Shown here: in pieces, positions 12,077-24,676 of the stretch
Layout of the letters: every line of letters starts with the position of its first letter
Position numbering within the stretch: the first letter of the stretch is position 1
From: Cenococcum geophilum
Lineage: Eukaryota
Direction: 5' to 3'
Length of the DNA: 64,000 nucleotides
Assembly: GCA_050273025.1 (NCBI GenBank)
Contig: CP158636.1
Location: 4,960,001-5,024,000 of the forward strand
Made by a program: the position numbers and the translations under genes
Notes under the pieces: model-generated
Seen by the model: only the letters and a program-made list of their open reading frames with translations
The model's database searches: none
What the model was told of the DNA's origin: nothing

Positions 12077-12162
12077 TGTCCGTCCGTCTATACCTACCCG
12101 TCTATGCCTACCTGTCTGTGCCTACCTGTCTGTGCCTACCTGTCTATGCCTACCTGTCTATG
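12000..12162. repeat. (CCTG/CCTA)n microsatellite grading into 16-bp units
   Basis: Directly visible. Confidence 0.9.
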
Positions 12163-12221
12163 TCACCTTGATTCGATCGATCGATCGAATCGTTTATCGT
12201 GTTCGCTGGCTGGTCGTTCGA

Positions 12222-12432
12222 ACGGTTGTCGTGTGGCTCTGGCGACGGTCGTGTGGCGATGACGACGGTCGTCTGGCTCTGACGGTCGTCTAGCTCTGGC
12301 GACGGTCATCTGGCTCCGGCGACGGTCGTCTAGCTCTGACGACGGTCGTCTAGCTCCAGCGACGGTCGTCTAGCTCCAGCGACGGTCGTCTAGCTCCGGC
12401 GATGGTCGTCTGGCTCCGGCGACGGTCGTCTG
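12222..12432. repeat. 20-bp tandem repeat (GCGACGGTCGTCTRGCTCYR), about 10 units
   Basis: Directly visible. Confidence 0.9.
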
Positions 12433-12599
12433 CTGGCTGTCGTTCTGGTGTCTTCCTAGGTAGGGAGGATGTAAGGAAGGGTAAAAAATGAGGTGGCTAC
12501 CTAGGTGTATATAGGGGGTATACTTGGCAGAGGCACGTGTAGAGGCTATCGGGAATATAGCGGGGACCCGATAGTAATGTGTCGCGCGCACACACAAAG

Positions 12600-13378
12600 G
12601 CTTTGTGTAGAGCTTCGTGTAGAGCCTCCGTACGCAAAGCTTCGCGCAGAGCCTCGTGTAGAGCTTCGCGCAGAGCCTCGTGCAGAGCCTCCATATGTAG
12701 AGCTTCGTGTAGAGCTTCGTAGAGCTTTGTGCAGAGCTTTGTGTAGAGCTTTATATAGAGCTTTGTGTAGAGCTTCGTGTAGAGCTTCGTGCAGAGCCTT
12801 GTGTAGAGCTTCGTGTAGAGCTTCGTGCAGAGCCTCGTGCAGAGCCTCTATATGCAGAGCTTTGTGTAGAGCCTCGTGTAGAGCCTCGTGCAAAGCTTCG
12901 TGTAGAGCTTCGTGTAGAGCTTCGTGTAGAGCTTCGTGCAGAGTTTCGTGCAGAGCTTCGTGCAGAGCTTCGTGTAGAGCCTTGTGCAGAGCCTCTGTAC
13001 GCAGAGCTTTATGTAGAGCCTCGTGTAGAGCCTCGTGTAGAGCCTCGTGCAAAGCTTCGTGTAGAGCTTCGTGTAGAGCTTCGTGCAGAGCTTCGTGCAG
13101 AGCTTTATGTAGAGCTTCGTGCAGAGCTTCGTACAGAGCTTCGTGTAGAGCCTCGTGCAGAGCCTCTGTACGCAGAGCTTTGTGTAGAGCCTCGTGTTGA
13201 GCCTCGTGCAAAGCTTCGTGTAAAGCTTCGTGCAGAGCTTCGTGTAGAGCTTCGTGTAGAGCCTCTGTACGCAGAGCTTCGTGTAGAGCATCGTGCAAAG
13301 CTTCGTGTAGAGCTTCGTGTAGAGCTTCGTGCAGAGCTTCGTGCAGAGCTTTGTGTAGAGCCTCGTGCAGAGCCTCTG
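12600..13378. repeat. 12-bp minisatellite (AGAGCTTCGTGY), about 60 units
   Basis: Directly visible; variants are mostly C>T and G>A. Confidence 0.95.
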
Positions 13379-13647
13379 CATCAGGATTTTTTTTTTTGGG
13401 CACGTTGTTGCAAGCGAAAATCGGGGTCTGCAAAACCTGCAGGCGTAAGTCGCAATTTTAGCATTTGCGGCAATTTGCAGCAATTTGCTATAAACACATA
13501 GATAGGGCAGGCGCGTGTATAGGTAGCCTATGTGTTTGTAGCAAATTGCTGCAAATCGCCGCAAATTGCCAAAATTGCGACTTACGCAGGTTTTGCAGAC
13601 CCCGATTTTCGTTTACAACAACGCGCCCAAAAAAAAATTTCCTGATG
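13379..13647. mobile_element. 269-bp foldback/MITE-like palindrome with CATCAGGA termini
   Basis: About 120-bp near-perfect inverted arms with short spacer; no TSD seen. Confidence 0.75.
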
Positions 13648-14081
13648 AAGGGGTAGGCCTGCTTAGCTTATAAGCAGTCTATATACCGCCACTATACTAA
13701 TTATAGGCCGGTAGTCTTCCGGAAGGGTTCCGGTTAGTTCCCTAGTTAAACGCGTTAATATATTCCTTTAGCATTTTTAGCTTAGGGGAAGATCTTAGAG
13801 TTACCTCTAGCGCTTAATCTTCTAATTGGCCTAGGTAGGGCTGGAGGGGTTCTAGCTACTTTCTAGCAGTATTGTAACTGTTATAGAGGGTATTTATATT
13901 TTCCTTAGCGTTGCTGGTAACTGTAGGTATACGAAAGTCTTTAAGCTCCTAGAGCATCTGGGTATTAGGGCTTGTTTAGCTATCTTACCTAAAGGGTTAT
14001 ATTATCGCAATTTCTCGCTATTAGAGGGACCTTCTTACCTTTACGCGACGGCTTTCTATAAGGTATCCGTGGAGTTTCCAT
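13648..14081 (-). pseudogene. RIP-degraded ORF start of unidentified family
   Basis: ATG at 14081 (METPRIPYRKPSRKGKK...); the frame is interrupted only by TAA/TAG stops; cut by the foldback. Confidence 0.35.
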
Positions 14082-14411
14082 TTAGATTATTGTAAGATTT
14101 TAAGGGAGAATGGTAGTTATAAATAAAAGATATAAATAAATAATATAGTCCTTAAAGCTGACTGCCCTTCTAAAAGGAGTAGGAAGGATTTAAATGTGAG
14201 GGGATTTTATAAATAGGGGGCTATAAGGATACGATTGTGGAATAGGATAGATTGGTAAGAGAGACGAATCCTTAAGGAGGTAAGGCCTTTAGGATTGTAG
14301 AAACTATATACTATAGGTATATACCTTTAGTACGTGACCGGCGACTATTTAAGGGGCGTCTAGGGGTTGTTCTGAGGGCAACCTAAGGTGTCCGCAATAA
14401 TATCCCTTATA

Positions 14412-14808
14412 GTAACCTCTAATTATAGTAAACCGGGGTATTTTTAGTAGTAGGTGCGTATTTTTTGGCGCTTATAATTAGTAAAGCCGTAATAGTATCG
14501 CCTTATAGGATTTTAATATCTTACTATAATAAATAAGATAAAATTAGGTATAGAGAGTAAGATCTAAGGGTAATTTTAATAGGTTTTAATTGTTATATAA
14601 TAGATTTAATAGCTAAACTTATAGTAAGCAAAGGCTAAATCTAATAAATTAAAATCTGCTTATACTGATATTAGTAGTAAGTGCTAATAATATTATTAAA
14701 AGTTAGATTATCGTAATATTACACCAAAAAAGGCTTAATTAAGGAGTGTATATTATAATATAGATGATATCGTTATATACCCCATATTGTACTAAGGAGG
14801 TTTTACTA
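14412..14808 (-). mobile_element. 5' fragment of the Tigger/pogo family found at 34762-43191
   Basis: Reverse complement of about 34762-35160 including the TIR; TA at 14809-10. Confidence 0.9.
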
Positions 14809-14950
14809 TAGCCTAGATTTAGACCCCTATATAGGATATCTTAAAATAAACTCTAAGTACTATAGAAGTACTTAGACGAGAACCTAAGTAAAGGATTTAT
14901 TAGAGTAAGCTCTTTACCTATAGCCGTACTAGTAATCTTCGTTAAGAAAC

Positions 14951-17900
14951 TGTTGGTTACATAAGGTGATATCACGTAGCTACGGTTTGTAGATAGTATA
15001 ATAATTGTTATTCTTATTGTTCTGAAGAAAGGGGTGAGGAACTTAAGGTTCCTCACCACGCTAGTGCCGCGGCGGCACGTGACGGCAACTTGCCGCACGT
15101 AATGGCAACTTGCTATACGTGACGGCAATATACCTTATATAGTGACCCCTTGCCTTTATTCCTAACACTAGCAACTCTTCTTTTATGGTTGCCATCTATA
15201 TATATATACCGCTTAACTAGCAAAACAAATATTAATCCTCCTTACTTACTATTGCTATTATAATATAAGTCTTACTGTCCCAAAATTTCCCTCTTAGTAC
15301 GTGGTGCTTTCTTACTTATAAGTTATAGGTAGGTATCTTGTTAGTAGGGCCGCTAAGGCGCTAGTAGTAAGCGAGCTAATAGCGATTTTCTATCCCTGGG
15401 ATAGAAAATCCTAATTAGCTAGGTTAAGTTAGGGTCTGCAGAATCTAACCAATTAGATAACTTTAACCGCTAGTTAAAGTTCCTAGATATCTTAAGACCT
15501 TACGTAACTAAGAAATTTTTAGGGACTTCCTTTTAACCTAACCTTTAACTTATATATGTAGAGTATTTATATTAATAAACGTCTCTAGTGCCTTATTTGG
15601 GTTTGCCTTTATTATTATATCTACTAGGTTATCTTAGCCATTAATTTATTAAATCTTAAAGAGTTCTTAACGCTTATAGGATTGCTAAAGTACTATAATA
15701 TTAATTATAAGGCGCTTCTCCTTTATAGTATTAAGCTTAACTAAACACTTATAGAGGGAATATAAGTTAGTGTATATAATTATAGGGATAATAGGAAGTT
15801 TAAGTTAATCTATAATTATCTTTAGGGTAGTTCCAATTGCAATTGCTATATTAACTTCACTAACTATTCTATATATCTTTAAGGCTAGAACACTTCGAGT
15901 AATATACTTACTCTTAGTTAAGCTCTAATAGATAAGGTTGCTATAGATTATAAAGTTATTCTCTCTAGTAGATTTATTCGCAATAATAATCTTATATCCT
16001 AACTAGGAGCTAAAATCTTTATTATTTATAAATAATCTATTAATAAATATAAAGAGCTTAGCGGTGGGAAGATTAATAGGCATATAGAGTAATCCCCAAT
16101 TAAGATGGTTTATTTACTAGGAAAGACGTTTATTTAGGGCAAGAATGTTATCCTTAGTTGGTTCCTGGTGTTAGGCGGCAACGGAGAGATTAAATAAAGC
16201 CTTAGGTTAATAGATAGAAGTAATATAAGCTTCGCAAGCGCATTACTCCACGTATCCTTACTTTAGGGAATTAATATTAATAATGTTGATCTTCTTATCT
16301 TAACCCTTCTAGCGTAAAGCAATAGAATCCTTATTTAGGGAGAGGATGCATCTATTAAAAAGTAATAGTGTTATTAAATTAAGCTTTTCCTTTGGCTTTG
16401 CTATAAGATTTACCTTTACTAGCTTATCCTCTTTAAGGGCTAAGAATTGGTCGTCTCCTAAGATAATTGTATTATTAGTTTATATACTAATAATTCTAAA
16501 TAGGGTTCCCGTGGTTATAATAAGGAAGCAGAGATTAAATATAGAAGTAGTTATTAAAAGCTTCTCTTTATAGTGCTTACTATAGGTAGCCTACTAGTAA
16601 GTTCCTACCTCTGCAATTCCATATAATAGCTTAAGTATAACTATAATCGTATCTTTAGAATACTGGTGGCGAATTTACTCTAAAAGGTATGCTAATATTA
16701 AGCGATAAAGGTGCGTCTCTAATTAGGTGTAGGCTTAAGTAATATCTCGTAAATAAACCGCTATTCTATTCTTTATTAAGGAGAGAGCTAATACCGCAAT
16801 AACTCGCTAACTAGCTCGTTAAATTATAGGAGATTATATAAGAATTATCTCTTTACTATTATCGTTGTAACCTTAAATAAGAAGCCTTAATTTCTTAAAT
16901 AGGGTATTAGTAGCTTTACCCTTAATCTTATTAACTATCCTTAACTTAAAGATGCGAACTTTATTAAACTTAGTAGGGTTATACTTCTTAAATTTAAAAA
17001 CTCCTCTTGTAATAAGACCGTTAATCTCCTACTTGTTAGATGCTTAAAAAGGAGCTTCTAAAGTTATAATACGACCTTCCTTTTAGAGCTGTTTTGTAAG
17101 CTTAAAGTTAGCCTTCTCTTTAGCTATTATAAAGGCCATTAATAACTTAACTCTATTCTTAATAGCGGCAATAAATTGTTCTTTAAAATTAATAAAATAT
17201 TAGCAATTTTGTGATCCCTTTGGGCGACCTCTACCGCGTTATAGTTATGGCGTATCTACTATAATTATATTAGGATTATAGTCGCCTTCTAGAGCACGTT
17301 AATTGTGGTTTTCCTTTAGGGTATCTTTTAGGGCATCCTATAAAGGCTCGGAATTATTATCTTTATAGTAAGGCTTAATAACAGTTAAACGGAATTAAGT
17401 AGGTCTATAAGGCATCTAAATAGTATAAGTTTAACTATTAATTATAATAAGTTGGTATAGGCCTAACTATTCTCCCTTTTTACGCTATATACGTACTTTA
17501 GACTAGAGTAATAAATCGAGTGTAGTTAAGGTGTTTAGGCCATTTCTTATTTCTAGTGCGTTATTAACCTAGTATATAGCGTAAAGACGTTATATCTCCT
17601 TTATTGCCTTGCGAATAGCCTTAGCTTATTATATAATAGAGGGAGATAGTAAAGAATTATTAGTTATTTAAGGGTAGGCGCTAAAGACTAGTAATATAGG
17701 TATAAGTCTATCCGGGCCAGCGGAATTATTAATAGCTTTAACAGCTATTTGCAAGGTAAGTTCTTCGCTAGCGTCCTTTAGTTCTAAAGAGATAATCTTA
17801 TATACGCGGCGTAATAGCGTATAATATCGCTCTACTTTTTTAATACTATTATATGCCTTAACGGGGACTTCCTTAACCTTAATTGCCATTGCCTTTATCT

Positions 17901-20900
17901 ACTATCGGAACTTTATAGATAAGAAGTTCTTTCCTATATTATAAACGATTTAATTAGGGGGTTCTAAATAGACATTAATTTAGTATAACTAGAGGGTATC
18001 CTATGCGTTTCTAGCTAATATATCTTTTAAGAAACGCGCGGCTTAAAAGGAGGTTAAGAAGTTAATAACTTAGAGTACTAGCTTGCCGCTAAGATATATA
18101 ACGTTAATAATAATATAAAAGTTAAAGTTATAGTTATCTTTAAGGGTAAACTTAAATCGGCTAGGGGACTTCTAGTTTATTTAGTAGTAATAGTAGTATT
18201 TTATAAGATGCTTAATTACCTTAACCTTAACTTTATGGCCTACTTACTAAAGAACCCTAAGTAATTAATAAACGGATAGGTGGCCAAAACGATAGTTTAG
18301 TTGGCGTAATTCCGACTTAGTTAAGTGGCTTTAAGTAATACTCTTTTCTAGTTAATAAAGGAGCAACTAAGGGTAACCCTACTTACGTACAATAGGTACC
18401 TAACTATCTCCCTACACAAGTATATTCTTAAGGTTATTAAGCTTAACGCCTAATTTATTTATATCTTTAATGCAAAATAGAAATGGAGTGTTTATAGGAA
18501 TAATATGGAAAGTAATATATCCTAAGGGGGTTTAGACCCTAATTGTGCTAAGAGAGATTATAGTACCTTTACTAAAGCAAATCGTATATTAGCCTGCTGT
18601 TAATTAGTTAATCTAAATAGAGCTATTAAGCTACTAAAGAGCTCGAACTTAAGGTTCTCCTACTATAGATACTCCTGCGGCTTTAGTGTCTGGTATAATA
18701 CTATAGAAGACGTTTACTAAGTATCTATTATTAAAGGAGAACGTAGAACTCTCCCTTAGCTTATTAAAGATATCTAACTTTGTAATAGAGTGTAGCGTAG
18801 ATTAATTATTAAGAATAGCGATAGTTTATATACCATTTACCTTACTATACTTAGTAAAGTATTGGTTAGGTAAGTAGTCCTTAATTTCCATATCTATAAG
18901 GAGCTATTCGGTCTTATTAACCTTACTCTTAAGGTCTTTTACGCCTTTATATTAAACTAGGAAGCTTTAAAAGTAGGCCGTAGTAACCTTGCGATTTTTA
19001 ATATTTTTTATACTTTAACGGAACTTATTATATACCTCTTTTTGCTTATTAAGAGAGTATCTAGTTAACTAGTAATTTGGCTTCTTATAAACGTAGCACT
19101 TCTTTTAGCGATTACTTTAAAATAAACCTCTATAAGGACCTCTATAATTACCTTATAGTTAATATTAATTATACCCTCTTCTATATTCCCTATTACGGCC
19201 ACTATATATTTAATTAGTCTAGTTATAATTATATTAGTTAGGAATACTTAGTTAGGTAAGGTTTTTAGTATAGAACTATTAAGATTTTTATATTTATATT
19301 ATAGTACCTACAGCGGAGCGTAGCTTAGTATATACTCTTTTAAACGTATTTATAGGTTTATATAACGCTAAGTTATACTTAGGAACGCTATAGTATACTA
19401 AGATAACCTAGTCCCTTAGGCTGTTTTTATTTTAATAAGTTTTAGTAAGGCCACGTTAGATTTTCTAGAGTTTATTAAAGAGTAGTTAAAGGCACTCTAA
19501 ATAAGTCTTTATTGGGTTAAAAGTAATAACTCTCTAAAACGTAGTCTCCCGCTATTTAGATATATAAAGTTAGCAATTCTTATTAGTCTTAAAGTGGGCT
19601 TTAGTAAGCTAAAGTATTATATTAAAGTTATAGTTTTTACCCGTAATATAATCGTAATAGAATATTATTACCCGTCCCTTTAATATAATAAAGAAAGCGT
19701 AATAGTACTAGTGGCGTTAAATTCTAACCTTATTACAACAGTTATAAAAGACCTATAGTTTTACTCTAAGTATATTATATAGTTCTCCTCTAAACTTCTT
19801 TTTTTTATCTAAATATACCTTTATTAGATTTATAACTTCTTATAGTAAAGGCTTACTAGTTAACTAGAGTAGAGGAGGTAGAGGCGGAGTAACTCTAAGT
19901 AGAAGAGCACCTCTAGGTAGGAGAGTAGCTTTAAGTGGGGGGTTAGCGTTCTAGGGGTTTTAATACGAATTAAAGTTGCCTTTTAAAGAATATAGGTTGT
20001 TTTTAGGTTTCCGTAGTTAATATATAATCTTAGCTTCCGTCTATATTAGTTCTTTTATACTAATAATAACGGCCTAAATATTACTAGCAATTAGGTTACC
20101 GTTCTTAGTAATATATACCCCATTCCTATAGAGGAAGTCTTAAAAATCCTAAACAATATTAATATTGCTAAGTGCCTAGGTATCGGCAGTCCATCCTATA
20201 AAATCCTCCCTAAAATACTCCTATAGTTATAAATCGGTATAGTATCTATTTCGGTAGAATATAATATAGTATAGAAGAAAGCTATTAACTTATTTTACGG
20301 TATAAGTTATTATATTAAAGGCGAATTCGTCCTAATCTTTATTAATAAGTTTTATATACTTAGCTACCCCTAGTAGTAAGGAGTCTTTCTAATTATTTAA
20401 AGTAGGCATAGCCATGTTTTTAGAGGGAGGGAAGTGTTATTAGTGTAAGGATTGTCGTTTAGTACGCGTTCGTGATATATATTTATTATTTAGTACGCGT
20501 TTGTCGTTTAGTACGCGTTCGTGACATATATTTGCGGTTATAGGGCTTAGGACTAGTTCTAGCCTTAAATCGCGAAGACTTATAAAGCGTGTTATTCTAC
20601 GTAATAGACGCAAGAATCTATAATCTTAGAAAGGCTTAGGACCAGTTCTAGCCTTTAGATTCTTAGATTTATAGAAGAGTTCTATTTAAGGTTTAGGACC
20701 AGTTCTAACCTTAAAAGGTAGCTTCCTCTAGCACGAGTAGCACTAGTATAGTGACTTGTCTCTTCTTAGTGGAATACCTAGCTGCTCTATAGTATAACAG
20801 TAAAGTTAACCACTAATTAGTGTTGGTTATATAAGGTAATATTACGTAGCTACGGTTTATAGATAGTATGATAATTATTATTCTTATTGTCCTGAAGAAA

Positions 20901-21037
20901 GGGGTAAGGAACTTAAGGTTCCTCACCACGCTAGTGCCGCGGCGGCACGTGACGGCAACTTGCCGTACGTAATGGCAACTTGCTACACGTGACGGCAATA
21001 TGCCTTATATAGTGACCCCTTGCCTTTATTCCCAACA
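14951..21037 (-). mobile_element. Ty1/Copia, GalEa-type, full length
   Basis: 217-bp LTRs 14951-15167 and 20821-21037; TSD GAAAC; CTAATTAGT (RIP of CTGATCAGT) next to the 5' LTR; PR-IN-RT-RH order; gag-pol about 20415 to 15520. Confidence 0.95.
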
Positions 21038-23067
21038 GAAACTAAGCAGCGGATTACGCTTTTACGTAGACTATTAAGCTCTTAATACTGTTACCGTTAA
21101 GAACTAATATCCGATCCCGCTAATATAAAAGACGCTAAACTAACTAAGTAAGACTCACTTTTACATAAAGCTTAATATTATCTCTATATTTAACCGCCTC
21201 TCTATTATAAAAGGAGACGAATAGCTTATAGCATTCTATACCCAATATAGATTATTTAAGTACTTAGTAATACCCTTTAGCCTTATAAACGCTCTAAGCT
21301 CGTTTTAATATTATATAAATAATACCCTACATCCTTACCTAGATATCTTCTGTACTGTTTATATTAATAATATCCTAATATATGTAATAACTTAACCGAA
21401 TACCGGAAATATATTAATCTTGTCCTATAAGCCCTATAAGGAGCTAGTCTATAATTAGATATAGATATATATAAATTTTATAAAATAGAAGTTCTATATC
21501 TTAGGCTTTTTATTTCTATAAATAGTATATAAATAGACCTAAAGAAAGTTAAAGTAATTATAAACTAGTAAAAACCTAAGAACGTTAAGGATATAAGAGC
21601 CTTTATAGGATTTACCAATTTCTACTAATGGTTTATTAATAACTTCTCCGCCCTAGTTTTACCCCTTATAGCTCTAACCTAAAAGAATAAAGCCTTTATC
21701 TTTAATAAGGAATATAAGAAGGCCTTTACTTATCTAAAGGTTATATTTACTACCGCGCCTATACTCTAATACTTTAACCTAAATTAAATAAGTGTTATAG
21801 AAGCTGACTTATCTAACTATATTATTAAAGGTATTCTATCTTAATATAACAAAGATGGAGTATTGCACCCTATAGTATACTACTTAAAATAACTAAGCCT
21901 AGCTAAATATAACTATAAAATCTACGATAAGGAGTTACTAGCTATTATTAGATGTTTTAAATAATAGTAACCTAAACTAGAAGGCGCCGAATTTCTAATT
22001 AAGGTTCTTAGCGACTATAAGAATCTATAGTACTTTATAACTATAAAACAGCTAAGCTATTATTAGGCCCGCTAGTTAGAATATCTATTCTATTTCTAAT
22101 TCTTAATTATATACCGCCTAGGCGTTTAAGGTTAAAAGCCTAATACTCTAACCTAACGTTCGCAAGACGCGCCAGCACTAAAAAAAGCGTGCTCTTATTA
22201 AAACTAGACCCTACTCTATTCTAAACTATTTAACTCTCCTATTAAAGACCTTACGGTATACGTCCTTAAAATAACTAATTAATTAATTAAATAGATTATA
22301 ATTAATAAATACCTAAATAACGAGTTTATCTAAGAGACGCTTAAGCTAATCTATAATGGCGTTAGACGCTCTAAGAAGATCTCTTTAAGTAAATATAAAG
22401 CTTATAGAAACCGCTTATATTACTAAAACTATCTAATTATCCCTAATTATAATAAGCTTAAGCTTAAGCTCCTTAAATATGTATATAACCTACTAGTAGC
22501 TAGCTACCTAGGCTAAAGAAAAACTCTAGAGCTACTTTAACGAGAGTACTACTGGCTAAATATATATAATATAATACGAAGGTACGTCTTTAGCTACTAC
22601 ATCTACTAATAAGCTAAAGCTTTGTATAAGACGTATAACGGCCTTTTAAAGCTACTACCTGTTCTAGACTAAAGATAGAAGGATATTTTAATTAACTTTA
22701 TTGTTAATCTCCTTATAAGTAAAGGCTATATAAATATTATAGTAGTTATAGACCGACTGTCTAAAATAAGACACTTAATCGCCTGCCCTAATATATTAAC
22801 ACCTACTGTCGCTTAACTGTTCCTAGACTATATATAGAAACTCTATAGACTCCCTAAAATAATTATCTCTAATAGAGGCAGCCAGTTTATCTCTATATTT
22901 TGGAAAAAACTAACTATATAACTCCGTATTAAAGTACTATTATTTATAGTATACTACCTAAAAACGGATAGCTAAACGGAACGTATAAATGCTATAATAG
23001 AATAGTATATTTAGATATATACGTTATACTTATAAGATAACTAGATTAACTAGCTTGTATTTACTAA

Positions 23068-23816
23068 GGGGCCGTTCGGTTGCAACTCCATATTCAATAT
23101 AGAGGCTCCATATTTAACCGAAATGGAGCTCAAATCTGAATATGAGGTTGTCGTTCGGTAAATCTAACGACTTTTGAATATGGAGCTCCTCCATATCGGT
23201 AAGCGCGTCAAATTTGCAAGCTATACTATATACAGTAGTTAAAATAAGGTTCTTGGCACCATTTTAATATGGAGCTTCGAGCTCCAGTTCCATATTCCAT
23301 ATTAATATGGAGCTCCCATATACGCGCTAAAGTAATGACTTCCTGTGATATGGCAGCTCCACACACCCCAATTATAATACTGCAGTCGCATTTGCAAGCC
23401 TTATATAACGTTATTATCTTAATCTTTATGATCGTAATAAGCTTGTTTTCGGGGCGTCGCAGGCGTCGCAGTAACTCTACTACGGCTCGTACGGGAGGTA
23501 GGCAAAGATGTAGGAAACGTCAATCGCAGAGAGGGCGTTGGCCGAGGAGGAGGCTCCATTGCTACACTAGAGTAGGGAGTCGCGATAGAGACCTGGTGGC
23601 AGAATGGGGGTCATTCAAATCGCTTACTGACGGCAATCACGTATTATGCGAAGTCAAATATGGAGCCTCATATGGAGCCTCACCGAACAATCGACTCAAT
23701 TACATATTCAAATGAGCCACGGTAGTAGCCGCCACTAATTACAAAACGGGTGACACTAAAAGGCGTACGGATTGACAGATTATGAATATGGAGGCGATTT
23801 GCAACCGAACGGTCCC
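23068..23816. mobile_element. PIF/Harbinger-type non-autonomous element, 749 bp
   Basis: 18-bp TIR GGG(G/A)CCGTTCGGTTGCAA; TAA TSD; many subterminal ATATGGAG/CTCCATAT motifs. Confidence 0.9.
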
Positions 23817-24432
23817 TAAGTTTACTATAAATAATTCCGTCTTAAAAACTATAAAGGTCTTCCCGTTCTTAGCTAACTACGGCTAGTATCTATAAATGGG
23901 TTTTAAACCCTTTAGTAATATTCCTCGCCCTACTTATTACGCCTTATAAGTTATAGAAGTAAATAAATTTATAAAGAAGATAGAGGAACTATAATAGTTT
24001 CTTACTAATAAAATAATATAGGCTTAATCTGTCTATAAAGCCGCAGCGAATAAGAAACGAACCCTAGTACTAGCTTACTAAATTAATAACTTTATCTAGT
24101 TAGATATAAGAAATCTAAACATAAAACGACCTACTAAAAAGCTTAATTAGAAAAACGCTAGCCCTTATAAGGTTAAGGTTATTTTCTCCTACGCCTACTA
24201 ACTAAAGCTCCCTAATACGGTTAAAATCCACCCCGTATTCTATACCTTAGTCCTCTACCCTACTACTCCTACATTAGACGCCCTACCTAAATAGATATAA
24301 GACCCTCCCCTACTAGTTAAAGTAAATAGTAAGAACAAGTACTTTATTTAAAAAAAAATTATAATATTAAGTATAATAAACGGAAACGCTAATATATATA
24401 TCTTATAAAATAGAGAGGCTTTACTAAGCCCT

Positions 24433-24676
24433 TATAAGGGCGCAAGGTGCTTTAAGGCAGCTTTAAAGGAAATAAGATTCTATTAAGAGCTAAGTTATAT
24501 AGACCTTGCAAGTAACGAGACGTTCGGACAAGGAACAGAACAGGTTCGGTTTAACGTGGTCAAGATATAGGGGTAGCCGTGGTACGTGCACGTGCTTCAA
24601 GAGGCTTTGACAGAATTCCACTATCGTCGAGTGTTTCACCGAGACGTCCTTACTGTAACGGGACAGTCCCGTTACA
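24433..24676. mobile_element. Solo LTR, 244 bp, inside the Gypsy B chromodomain
   Basis: T(A/G)TAA...TTACA ends; 5-bp TSD GCCCT; host motif KPSWEP restored on removal. Confidence 0.85.

Noticed and set aside
12546..12574. Helitron 3' hairpin
   Set aside because: No clear CTRR terminus with an A|T junction, and no Rep/helicase relic found.
12505..13564. Long ORFs (EALH-, RASC- and TKLC-repeat proteins)
   Set aside because: The 12-bp unit is stop-free in several frames even after RIP-type changes. The ORFs overlap on both strands, and the two minus-strand starts lie inside the foldback.
23269..23715. 148-aa plus-strand ORF
   Set aside because: It runs through subterminal repeats of a non-autonomous element and has no recognisable motif.
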